Shown here one piece after another: positions 29,961 to 38,812 of a stretch of DNA of 64,000 nt. How positions within the stretch are numbered: the first letter of the stretch is position 1; every line of letters begins with the position of its first letter. Below the pieces are notes generated by a model. That model saw only the letters and a program-made list of their open reading frames with translations. It was not told where the DNA came from and ran no database searches. The position numbers and the translations under genes are program-made. The DNA comes from Methylotenera sp. (GTDB lineage: Bacteria > Pseudomonadota > Gammaproteobacteria > Burkholderiales > Methylophilaceae), in assembly GCF_036401095.1 (NCBI RefSeq), contig NZ_DASWWA010000027.1, forward strand, positions 25,091 through 89,090. The letters run 5' to 3'.

Positions 29961-30067
29961 AGGTAACGCAAGTTACCTTTCCGCTCCAATCCTCCCTGAG
30001 CGGAAGCCTTAGACGATGAGGCATTTTTTGGACCCCGATTTCATCCCCTTGGTTGGGGTCTTTTTTT
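29961..30067 (+). ncRNA. Candidate small regulatory RNA (four stem-loops)
   Basis: Hairpins AGGTAAC-GCAA-GTTACCT, TTCCGCTC-CAATCCTCCCT-GAGCGGAA, GCCT-TAGACGATG-AGGC and GACCCC-(GATTTCATCCCCTTGGTT)-GGGGTC followed by T7. No ORF covers it. Confidence 0.65.
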
Positions 30068-30207
30068 GCCTGCTATTTATGCAAAGGCTTAATTTATAAG
30101 CATTAGTATAAACTTAAATCTTACTAATTGTAAATAACTTGTAAATGATTTGTAAATTAATTGCTGTATGGTTTTAAACCTAAGTAATTAGGTGTAGCTT
30201 AGTAGTT

Positions 30208-31011
30208 ATGAAGCCAAACATTAAACTCCCAGTATTGTTCATTTCTCATGGTGGTGGGCCGTGGCCGTATATTGAAGATATGCGTCAGCGCTTTGCCGTT
30301 ACAGAGGCTGAGTTGGCCAAACTGCCTGCCAGCTTACCAGCAAAACCCAAGGCGATTTTGGTGATTACAGGTCATTGGGAAGAGCCGCAGTTTACGGTAT
30401 CCACAGCCCAGCAGCCGCCTATGGAGTATGATTATTTTGGCTTCCCCGAGCATACCTATCATGTGCAGTATCCTGCAGCGGGGAGTCCTGCCTTAGCTAA
30501 GCGCGTGGGCGAGCTGTTGGCATTAAGCGGCGTGAAGGTGCTTGAAGACGAGCAGCGTGGTTTTGATCACGGTGTTTTTGTGCCCATGATGCTGATGTAT
30601 CCGCATGCAGATATTCCTGTGGTGATGCTATCAATGAAAACCACTTATGATCCACTTGAGCATATCAAGCTGGGTGAAGCGCTTGCGCCGCTGAGAGAGG
30701 AAGGTGTGTTGATTGTTGGCAGTGGGCTTACTTATCATAATATGCGTGGTTTCGGCCGGCCGGTATCGTTTGAGCCTTCAGTACAGTTTGAGCAGTATTT
30801 ATATGAAGCGATTGCTAATTCTAGCCCACAGCAGCGAAATAAAGCCTTGGCAGATTGGGAGCAGGCGCCATTTGCGCGTTTGGTGCATCCGCGCGAGGAT
30901 CACTTAATCCCTTTAATGGTGGTAGCTGGTGCGGCAGCTGATAGTGTGGGAGAGCGTATTTTTACTGATACTGTGTTTGATGTGGTAATGGCTTCTTACC
31001 GTTTTGGCTAA
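30208..31011 (+). CDS. DODA/LigB-type class III extradiol ring-cleavage dioxygenase
   Basis: FISHGGGP, TGHWE, YDY.GFP, RGFDHG, GSGLTYHN and HPREDHLIPL motifs. Confidence 0.9.
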   Translation: MKPNIKLPVLFISHGGGPWPYIEDMRQRFAVTEAELAKLPASLPAKPKAILVITGHWEEPQFTVSTAQQPPMEYDYFGFPEHTYHVQYPAAGSPALAKRVGELLALSGVKVLEDEQRGFDHGVFVPMMLMYPHADIPVVMLSMKTTYDPLEHIKLGEALAPLREEGVLIVGSGLTYHNMRGFGRPVSFEPSVQFEQYLYEAIANSSPQQRNKALADWEQAPFARLVHPREDHLIPLMVVAGAAADSVGERIFTDTVFDVVMASYRFG

Positions 31012-31074
31012 TGCTAAGCTGGCTGTGCGATAGGGCAGTTGCTAAATTGTTACCGCCAAGCCAGCTTAGGGTTG

Positions 31075-31218
31075 TCATCCTATCCCCAACCATGACTCCT
31101 CTTCTCTGAATTTTGCATCTAAATCAGATTGTTGTAAGTCTGTTGTATTGGCTTCTTGCTCAGTATTTGCGCTGAAAATGGAGTTTCTCCAAGTGTAGAT
31201 TCTTTCTAAAATCATCAT
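31075..31218 (-). CDS. Small hypothetical protein, 47 aa (below the ORF-track cutoff)
   Basis: MMILERIYTWRNSIFSANTEQEANTTDLQQSDLDAKFREEESWLGIG, with AAAGAGA upstream. It fills the intergenic gap and a hairpin (31014-31069) follows. Confidence 0.5.
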   Translation of the reverse strand: MMILERIYTWRNSIFSANTEQEANTTDLQQSDLDAKFREEESWLGIG

Positions 31219-31297
31219 TATTCTCTTTTCTGTATGTGCTTGATTGGATTAAAGCTCCCAAGCTTTTGCTCGGGAGTGCTTTAGCCGCTACGCTAAT

Positions 31298-32176
31298 TTA
31301 AATAAAAGCGGCTTTGTTGGCAGTAATGTAGTCTTCAAATCGGGTTAATGGACGGCCTAATAAGGTTTCACCATCAGTAGTGACTACCGCTGCTTGGTTT
31401 GAGGCAAACACCTCAAATAGCTCCAGAACACCTTTTGCCTGCCATTCTGGCCAGCCTGAACCGGTTAGTGATGCATAAGTAGTGTCTTCATCTGGTGATA
31501 CGTAGTCCACGCTGTGGCCAGTGACACGTGAGAACACTGCCGCAATGTCGCTTCCTGATAACAGTTCTGGACCGGTAATGTTGTAAGCTTTATTGCTATG
31601 GCCTGGTGCTGTTAGTGTCACGGCTGCTGCTTCGCCAATGTCTTGCACGTTTAATGGCGCAAGTTTGCCTTCTCTGATGCCAAAGTATAATTTGCCGCTT
31701 TTTACGCCATCGGCCCATCCAAAAAAGTTATCTTGGAACCAGATCGTGCGTAAGTGCGTCCATGGCAAACCTGATGCTTCCAGATACTTCTCAGCCTCGC
31801 GGAATTGTTTAGCAAACAAAATTGCTTCCCACTCTGCGCCTACTACCGATAACAATACAACTTGATTTACTGTGCCTGCTGCCACCGCTGCATCCACTGT
31901 GTTTTTAGCATGCTGTGCTCTGTTCTCTACGTTACCTGGAATGATGTAAACTTTTGTCACCCCTTCAAAAGCTGCTTTCAAGGTGGCTGGTTCGTCTAGA
32001 TCAAAAATAGCGGTTTCGATAGTTGGAAATTTTTCTTTAAGCTGCGCGGCTTTGCTTGCGCTTCTTACGCCAGCCACTACTTTGATATTGCTATCATTTT
32101 TGTTCACTAATGCTTCAATTGCAGCTACGCCGTTATTGCCTGCTGCGCCTACGATTAAAATGGTTTCTTGTGTCAT
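31298..32176 (-). CDS. NmrA-like / SDR NAD(P)H-binding oxidoreductase
   Basis: ILIVGAAGNNG Rossmann motif, E.YLEASGLPWTHLR..WF.DN and YNITGPE. Confidence 0.85.
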   Translation of the reverse strand: MTQETILIVGAAGNNGVAAIEALVNKNDSNIKVVAGVRSASKAAQLKEKFPTIETAIFDLDEPATLKAAFEGVTKVYIIPGNVENRAQHAKNTVDAAVAAGTVNQVVLLSVVGAEWEAILFAKQFREAEKYLEASGLPWTHLRTIWFQDNFFGWADGVKSGKLYFGIREGKLAPLNVQDIGEAAAVTLTAPGHSNKAYNITGPELLSGSDIAAVFSRVTGHSVDYVSPDEDTTYASLTGSGWPEWQAKGVLELFEVFASNQAAVVTTDGETLLGRPLTRFEDYITANKAAFI

Positions 32177-32221
32177 GGTATTGTTCCTAAAAAATATAAA
32201 GTAATTAAAATTAAATAAAAG

Positions 32222-32929
32222 TTAGTAAGGGAGGTCGAACATCAATAGCTCGGCGTCTGCGGCATTGCTAAACTCAATCAAAGATTCCTCTTGAATTTTT
32301 AATGCATCGCCTGTGCTCAATTTAATGCCGTTAATTTCAACTTGGCCTCTAATCAAATGCACATAGCCTGTTCTGTTAGGGGCTAATTGATGAGCCAATT
32401 TGGTTTCTCCGTTTAATATTGCGGCATAGATGCTTGCATCTTGGTGAATCAACACTGAGCCATTTTTGCCATCTTGAGAGGCAATCAAACGCAGTTGCCC
32501 TGTTTTTGATGCGCTATCAAAATGCTTTTCCTCGTAGCTTGGTGCAATGCCGGTTACGTTAGGGTTAATCCAAATTTGCAAAAAGTGCACACGTTCAGTA
32601 CTGGAGTGGTTAAATTCGCTGTGGCTCACACCAGTGCCAGCACTCATTCTTTGCACGTCGCCGTAGCTAATCACAGAGCCATTGCCCATGCTGTCTTTAT
32701 GTTCTAGTGCGCCACTCAATACGTAGCTGATAATTTCCATGTCTTCATGGCTGTGTGTGCCAAAGCCACGCGCAGGTTGTACGCGGTCTTCGTTAATCAC
32801 TAGCAGGGGGCCAAATCCCATTTGCTCTGGGTTGTAGTAATGGCCAAATGAGAATGAGTGGTTTGATTGCAACCAGCCATGGTCAGCTGCACCGCGTTGT
32901 CCGTTTTTAAGAACTTGTAACATCATCAA
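32222..32929 (-). CDS. Pirin-family protein (YhhW/YhaK-like)
   Basis: HSFSFG.YY, GFGTHSHEDMEIISYV.SG.LEHKDSMGN and HSEFN motifs. Confidence 0.93.
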   Translation of the reverse strand: MMMLQVLKNGQRGAADHGWLQSNHSFSFGHYYNPEQMGFGPLLVINEDRVQPARGFGTHSHEDMEIISYVLSGALEHKDSMGNGSVISYGDVQRMSAGTGVSHSEFNHSSTERVHFLQIWINPNVTGIAPSYEEKHFDSASKTGQLRLIASQDGKNGSVLIHQDASIYAAILNGETKLAHQLAPNRTGYVHLIRGQVEINGIKLSTGDALKIQEESLIEFSNAADAELLMFDLPY

Positions 32930-33071
32930 TCTCCTTTATGCTTTGGTATCATTTGTGTATATGCGATAATTTAAAACATCACATTCTCTGCTAAATGATT
33001 GCCGGTTAATGTGAGAAGCATTATGAGCCGTTATTTCATTGATGAAAAACGGAAAAATTATCAACCTATCA

Positions 33072-33084
33072 TCGAAAATTTCGA
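33072..33084. promoter_or_regulatory. LysR-type T-N11-A palindrome
   Basis: TCGAAAATTTCGA abuts the LysR ATG. A second box TTCATTGATGAAA lies at 33035-33047. Confidence 0.5.
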
Positions 33085-33987
33085 ATGTTCAGAATAAGCC
33101 TAGATTCTTTATTAATTCTTGATGCGATTGACCGTGGTGGATCGTTTGCTGCTGCGGGTAACGAATTACACAAGGTTCCGTCCACCATCTCGTACACGGT
33201 CAGTAAGTTGGAGCAGGATTTAGGAGTGCAGGTATTCGAGCGCCAAGGCCCTAAAGTCAGTTTAACCAGCGCGGGTAAAGAGCTATTAAAAGAAGGGCGC
33301 TATCTGTTGAAAGCGGCAGAGGACCTTGAGCATAGAGTGCGGCGCGTGGCGTCAGGCTGGGAAACCGAGCTGTCCATCGGCATGGATTCCGTGTTCTCCC
33401 CCACTGCGTTGGTTGAGGATATTGCCGAATTTTATAAAGTAGCTAACCTGACCAGACTGCGGTTTGCACAAGAGGCACTGTCAGGCAGTTGGGAGGCGCT
33501 GATGGATAGGCGCGTGGATTTACTGATAGGGGCTGCGGGCGAGGGGCCATCTGGTGGCGGATATCATGCTGAGGTGATTGATAGCATCAATTTTGTGTTT
33601 GCCGTTGCGCCTAGTCACCCACTTGCGAGTGTGGATAAGCCCTTAGGTAAGGCTGAGTTATATCAGCATCGCGCTATCACGGTGAGTGACTCGGTGCGGA
33701 AGTTGCCGCCACGCACCGTAGGATTGCTGTTTGGGCAGGAAGCCTTAGCGGTATCCAATATGCGTACAAAGTATGAGTTTCAGCTAGCTGGGCTTGGTTT
33801 TGGTTTTTTACCAGAGCCATTAGCGCGTGGTGCTATCACAAAAGGCTTACTAGTAGAAAAACAGGTCGAAGAGCCACGCCAACCAGAATCAATCTACATG
33901 GCCTGGCGCAGCAGTGATGCTGGTGCTGGCTTGAAGTGGTGGATTGATAGAATCAAATCACAGAATATGGCAGAAAAGCTGTGGTGA
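33085..33987 (+). CDS. LysR-family transcriptional regulator (YhaJ-like)
   Basis: GSFAAA..EL.KVPSTISYTVSKLEQDLGV..F.R helix-turn-helix, divergent from the pirin gene. Confidence 0.92.
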   Translation: MFRISLDSLLILDAIDRGGSFAAAGNELHKVPSTISYTVSKLEQDLGVQVFERQGPKVSLTSAGKELLKEGRYLLKAAEDLEHRVRRVASGWETELSIGMDSVFSPTALVEDIAEFYKVANLTRLRFAQEALSGSWEALMDRRVDLLIGAAGEGPSGGGYHAEVIDSINFVFAVAPSHPLASVDKPLGKAELYQHRAITVSDSVRKLPPRTVGLLFGQEALAVSNMRTKYEFQLAGLGFGFLPEPLARGAITKGLLVEKQVEEPRQPESIYMAWRSSDAGAGLKWWIDRIKSQNMAEKLW

Positions 33988-34266
33988 GGTAGGGCGTTTG
34001 TTGAGTGGTTGGTGGGTTTTTGTGCTTAACTATTTGTTCTATTTGGGTGATTGTTTCTAAGTTTGTTGACTGATACTGTTTGCTTGGTTTGAGTTTACAG
34101 GCATGCAAACGAGCTTCTTATTTGGTTGGCGATGAAACATTTGACCTCAATATACTAAAAGCAAGACAGTTGAACGGATTTGCCGAAATTAACGCGTCCA
34201 GATTATTTGTTGGCAGATTTGTAAATTCAAATTGTAGATAAGTGTAGCGATACTTTTTTATTAACA

Positions 34267-35424
34267 ATGAGATTGCAAATGAAGAAAAAACTAATAATCC
34301 CCATCATGCTCGCTTTAATCGTCCCACTAATCGCGAGCTGGTTTGCTTACCCCGATACGCATTTACCGCCTGGTTTTGGCGTATTCCCCCCGCAGTTTGT
34401 AGCAGAAGCACCAGGTTTTAATTTAGTTGTATTCTGTGCGTTAGCCCTAGTAGAGTTAGTTGTGTTGGCGCTATATATTTCCCCCACGTTATTTGGGTTT
34501 AAAAAGGTGGAGCCTGCTGCACCTAACAAACCCTTACCTTTGCCTATTTGGTTTTGGCTAGGTTTAGCATCTACGCTGTTTTTCTGGTGGCTGATGTGGA
34601 CGCGAGTGACTATATTTGGCAGCTTGGTTTACTATGCATTTACACCACTCTGGTGGAGCTTTATTTTTACATTAGACGGCGTTGTTTATCGTTATAACAA
34701 TGGGCAGTCTTTGTTGTCATCCAAACCTAAAACACTAGTTATCAGCGCCTTGGTGTCCTTGGTTGGTTGGCGTATGTTTGAGTATTACAATTATTTTGCG
34801 TTAGGTAATTGGTATTATCCGCAAACAGAGAGCATTCCATCACTGTCCCATGAGGCGGTGGTGGTGATATTTCTGTTAGCTTATACGACTGTTTGGCCTG
34901 CTATCTTCCAATGGTACATGCTGTTAAACGCCTGTCCTAGTTTGGCTAGCAGGTACTCGCAAGGCCCCAAGGTTTCTATCAAGGGCAATGTCTTATTGTA
35001 TGCAGGCTATGCATTATTATTTCTTATGGTGTTTTGGCCTTATCCATTATTTTGGGTGCTGTGGATAGGTGTATTGATGGTGTTTTCAGGTTTACTCATC
35101 AAGCTTAATATTTGGACACCGTTTGCTGATATGGCGAAAGGCAACTGGACCTCTGCACTGCTCATTGCGTTAGCTACCATGTTAAATGGTTTTGTGTGGG
35201 AGTGCTGGAACTACGGTAGTGCACATCCACAAATGCCGATTACTAACCCTAATTACTGGGTTTACGATATCCCTTACGTAAATGTGATTCACATATTTTC
35301 AGAAATGCCGCTTTTAGGCTACATGGGCTATATGCCGTTTGGGGTGTTGGCTTTGGTGATGTGGATATGGGCCGGTAATGTATTTGGTTTTGATACAAAA
35401 ATACTTGATACCGACCAACACTAG
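34267..35424 (+). CDS. Uncharacterised polytopic membrane protein
   Basis: 385 aa, Trp-rich, about 10 TM helices, with two internal (F/W)E.xN...W.Y motifs. Confidence 0.75.
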   Translation: MRLQMKKKLIIPIMLALIVPLIASWFAYPDTHLPPGFGVFPPQFVAEAPGFNLVVFCALALVELVVLALYISPTLFGFKKVEPAAPNKPLPLPIWFWLGLASTLFFWWLMWTRVTIFGSLVYYAFTPLWWSFIFTLDGVVYRYNNGQSLLSSKPKTLVISALVSLVGWRMFEYYNYFALGNWYYPQTESIPSLSHEAVVVIFLLAYTTVWPAIFQWYMLLNACPSLASRYSQGPKVSIKGNVLLYAGYALLFLMVFWPYPLFWVLWIGVLMVFSGLLIKLNIWTPFADMAKGNWTSALLIALATMLNGFVWECWNYGSAHPQMPITNPNYWVYDIPYVNVIHIFSEMPLLGYMGYMPFGVLALVMWIWAGNVFGFDTKILDTDQH

Positions 35425-35596
35425 CTAGCACAATAATCACCAAGCCATGTTAAATGGAGTGGCTAATCATAGATGAGGCAGATGTCTTTTGCCTCATCTA
35501 TGAAGTTGATGCCTTTGTAACGATATGACAGCATGGTGGAGCTTTGGGTTTGGGGTGCAGCTTGTGCCTCGCCCGAGTCAGGCGAGGTGTTTATAT

Positions 35597-36847
35597 TTAC
35601 CACTGCTTGCTCAGCATTAAATGCAGAAAGAACCCTTCGTTACGTACTTCAGTATTGTTGCCAAATATTGGGCTGTCGTAAGTCACTTTTTTAGGTAATA
35701 AAAACTCAATTCCACTCGTGAGTTTCCAAGTTTCATCCAGCTTGCGGGCAAAGCCCAGTGTCACGTGCTCTTCTAAAATCGCGGCGAGCAAAGCACTTGA
35801 GTTATTTCTTGGCACCGGATTTTTGCCGTAGTTGTAGCCTGCATATAAAGTGGTTTTGTCATCGTAAGTGTAAGCTGCACCTAGCGCATATACTATTTGG
35901 TTGCGCCAATCTTGTTGGCTAACATTCACCACTGAGGCGGGTGCAAACGCGCTTGAGGTGTCGCTCCATGTAGTGGTTACATCGTTAATGGCATCTGCCC
36001 AGTTAAGCCAATTGATTTTGGCTGAGAGTAATAAATCTTGGTTAGGCTTAAACGCGGCGCCAATTGCTACTTCACGCGGTAACGCAAATCCTTTAATGCT
36101 CAGGTTGTCATATTTAACAGCGCCAGCCGCGCCATAGTTAAATTTGGCCGTGCCGCCGGTAAGCGGTAAGTCAGTTTTTTCGGTGTAGCTTGCACCTAGT
36201 GCCCACTGTTCGTTTAACTTATATTGAGCGCCAAGTTTAAAGCCAAAGCGTAGCGTGTCTGCGCCTGTGTTTTTAAAGCCGGCGAAACTAGAGGTAGGCG
36301 GGGTGTGGTAAAAAAACTTTTGCTCAATACTCGCGTAAATCATGCTAATAGAGCCGCCGATTGCAAGATTGTCTGTCACTTGGCAGCCAATGCCTGGCGT
36401 TACTTTTGCAATACCAAACACTGAACTCATTTCGTCATCAGTACCAAACGGTGTATTGATGTGTTTAAACACTGCGCCTGCGCCACCTTGTGAGAAAAAA
36501 CCAATGCCCACGGTACAGGGTGAGTTTTCTAATTGCTGCGCATAACCGCCACCGGCAAGCATGACGTAGCGATTGTCAGCATGCTGGTCATTGCGTGCGT
36601 CTTGGTGTGATAAATCAGTGGTGCGTAGCATTGAGCCATAAGCATCAAGCAATTTACCTTTGATTTGCGCCAAACCTGCTGGGTTGGTGTTTAATGCGCT
36701 GGTGTCGCGGGCTACAGCAGTATCTGCACCGCCCATCAGGGTTGATTCTGCGCCGTAGCCAATTAAATTGATGCCGTTTGTCGCATGGCTTTGCGTTGTA
36801 ATTGATAGCCCACAAACTATCAATGCAATCATGTTGTTGCGTTTCAT
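35597..36847 (-). CDS. OmpP1/FadL/TodX-family outer membrane channel
   Basis: Signal peptide, N-terminal hatch (G.....MGGA..A...D.....NPAGL), C-terminal aromatic residue (W). Confidence 0.88.
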   Translation of the reverse strand: MKRNNMIALIVCGLSITTQSHATNGINLIGYGAESTLMGGADTAVARDTSALNTNPAGLAQIKGKLLDAYGSMLRTTDLSHQDARNDQHADNRYVMLAGGGYAQQLENSPCTVGIGFFSQGGAGAVFKHINTPFGTDDEMSSVFGIAKVTPGIGCQVTDNLAIGGSISMIYASIEQKFFYHTPPTSSFAGFKNTGADTLRFGFKLGAQYKLNEQWALGASYTEKTDLPLTGGTAKFNYGAAGAVKYDNLSIKGFALPREVAIGAAFKPNQDLLLSAKINWLNWADAINDVTTTWSDTSSAFAPASVVNVSQQDWRNQIVYALGAAYTYDDKTTLYAGYNYGKNPVPRNNSSALLAAILEEHVTLGFARKLDETWKLTSGIEFLLPKKVTYDSPIFGNNTEVRNEGFFLHLMLSKQW

Positions 36848-37064
36848 CTTATTGTTATTTCTTTAGTTTTATCACGCAACGCGTGTTTGATTTTTGGTTG
36901 ATTTTATATTGCTGCACTGATGTTCTTATAATGGTGCTTAATTATGCAATCAGCATAGTCTATATTTAATCTGTTACGACAATATTTTTGCATTCTGTAG
37001 GCGCTGGTAGCTACTTTAGCTTTATATTTTCATGCACATTCGCCAACGGCGGCTTAAAGTGATG

Positions 37065-37841
37065 TTATTTGCCACTCGCAAGAAAATTAGCTACTACTTC
37101 TATAAATGCTTGTGGCTGCTCTGCGTGCACCCAATGATTTGTTGCTAAGCTGGCAAATTGTGCGTTGGTGAAATGGTTTTTGATATGCTCAATATCGGCA
37201 TCCTGTACATAATCACTGCGTTCACCGCGGATAAATAGGCTAGGCTTTTCATAACGCGTATGTTCACACACGGCTTGTGTCAGGTGAGGGTAGTTAGCTC
37301 TGAGCGCGGCTAGGTTAATGCGCCACGTTAAGTTGTTTTCGGGCTTGATCAAATTCAACAGTAAGAACTGACGCACCATCGCGTGGGGGATTTTGCTGGT
37401 CAATGCTTTATCCACATCACCGCGGCTTTGCATGGTGCTGAGGTCAACAGCCATCATGGCATCAATAATATGCGTATAAGCATCGGGATAAGTGCGTATA
37501 GCCATGTCCACCACGATCAATTTTTCTAGCTTATCAGGGTATTGTGTAGCAAATTGCATCGCAACTTTTCCGCCTAGTGAATGCCCAACTAAATGGATGC
37601 GGTCTAAGCTGAGCGCGTCACACAATTCCAGCAGGTCATCTGCCATCTCGGGATAGGTTTGTGAGTCACTATGGGGTGATCTGCCGTGGTTGCGTAAATC
37701 TACACTAATCACTTGGTGGTGCTGCGAAAAATGCTTGGCAACCGTTCCCCAGTTATCGCCAGAGCCAAATAAACCGTGCAGTAAAATGAGTGGGCTTTTA
37801 CCTGAGATTTGATCGCCTAAGGTTTGGTAATGTAATTGCAT
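37065..37841 (-). CDS. Alpha/beta hydrolase (YbfF-like esterase)
   Basis: LHGLFGS..NW, DLRNHG.S, GHSLGGK nucleophile elbow and HWVHAE motifs. Confidence 0.9.
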   Translation of the reverse strand: MQLHYQTLGDQISGKSPLILLHGLFGSGDNWGTVAKHFSQHHQVISVDLRNHGRSPHSDSQTYPEMADDLLELCDALSLDRIHLVGHSLGGKVAMQFATQYPDKLEKLIVVDMAIRTYPDAYTHIIDAMMAVDLSTMQSRGDVDKALTSKIPHAMVRQFLLLNLIKPENNLTWRINLAALRANYPHLTQAVCEHTRYEKPSLFIRGERSDYVQDADIEHIKNHFTNAQFASLATNHWVHAEQPQAFIEVVANFLASGK

Positions 37842-37949
37842 AGGGGGATTATAAAAGATTGAAGCAGGTGGAGTGTTAGTGCCAGACAATACGAGATAGG
37901 GTGTAACAGGGTAGATAAACTAAGTTATCTACCCTCGTCATATTAGCGA

Positions 37950-38576
37950 TTATTCAATCGCTAATAACTCAACTTCAAAAACCAATGTAGCATCTGGGCC
38001 AATCACTGGGCCGCTACCGTTAGCGCCATAAGCCAAGTTTGATGGAATAGTTAACTCAAATTTACTGCCCACGTTCATTAACTGTAAACCTTCAACCCAA
38101 CCAGCAATCACGCCAGTTACCGGGAAAACGATAGGCTCACCACGGTCGTAAGAGCTATCAAACACCGTACCATCAATCAATGTGCCTCTGTAATGCACTC
38201 TTACTTTATTGCTTCTGCTTGGTTTTGCGCCATCGCCAGCCACCAATGATTTATATTGCAAGCCGCTATCTGTAGTGATCACGCCTTCTTTTTTAGCGTT
38301 TTCAGCCAAATAAGCCGCGCCTTCAGCTTGGTTTTTTGCAGACTGTTCAGCCTGTGCTGCCATTTGTTTTTCTTGGCTCTCCTTTTGCACTTGCTCAACT
38401 GTGCTGCGTTTTTCTGCATCAGTTAAACGTGATGGGGTGTCCGCCATTACATCTTTAACTGCCAGTGCGACTACGTCTGCGTCTAAGGCTAAGCCATCAT
38501 TTTTAAGCTGATGCGCCATATTTTCACCCACGATATAACTTAAGCGTTGGGTTAAGGTTTCTAATGCAATTGTCAT
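37950..38576 (-). CDS. FKBP-type peptidyl-prolyl isomerase (FklB-like)
   Basis: SGLQY, V.VHYRGTLIDGTVFDSS, VIAGW.EGLQLM and LAYG motifs. Confidence 0.93.
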   Translation of the reverse strand: MTIALETLTQRLSYIVGENMAHQLKNDGLALDADVVALAVKDVMADTPSRLTDAEKRSTVEQVQKESQEKQMAAQAEQSAKNQAEGAAYLAENAKKEGVITTDSGLQYKSLVAGDGAKPSRSNKVRVHYRGTLIDGTVFDSSYDRGEPIVFPVTGVIAGWVEGLQLMNVGSKFELTIPSNLAYGANGSGPVIGPDATLVFEVELLAIE

Positions 38577-38662
38577 TGTGTTCTTTCGTTGATTTGAGGG
38601 GATGCTATTAATGCGAGTGAGGCAAACGGCATAAACCGTAATTATGACGGAGAATGATAGAT

Positions 38663-38686
38663 AAAACAAAACCCGCCGAAGCGGGT
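38663..38686. repeat. 24-bp direct repeat, copy 1 (terminator hairpin, minus strand)
   Basis: AAAACAAAACCCGCCGAAGCGGGT, identical to 40662-40685. Confidence 0.9.
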
Positions 38687-38812
38687 GAGCAATTATTAAA
38701 AGTTTGCTTGTTTTGAATGGTTATCATACGATCCAAGCATCGTTCGATGTCAATGCAAGCGCGCAACACCTTGATTAATTCACCCATGATGGCCAATTTA
38801 ATAAGTAAAGTG

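Noticed and set aside
36912-36938. NtrC site or sigma54 promoter upstream of the FadL-like gene
   Set aside because: TGCACT and TGGTGC half-sites are too far apart for one site, and there is no GG-N10-GC element at the right position.
38608-38796. 62-aa ORF downstream of darG as a third system component
   Set aside because: It has no clear RBS, reads straight through the terminator/direct repeat, and shows no recognisable motif. A gene remnant cannot be excluded.
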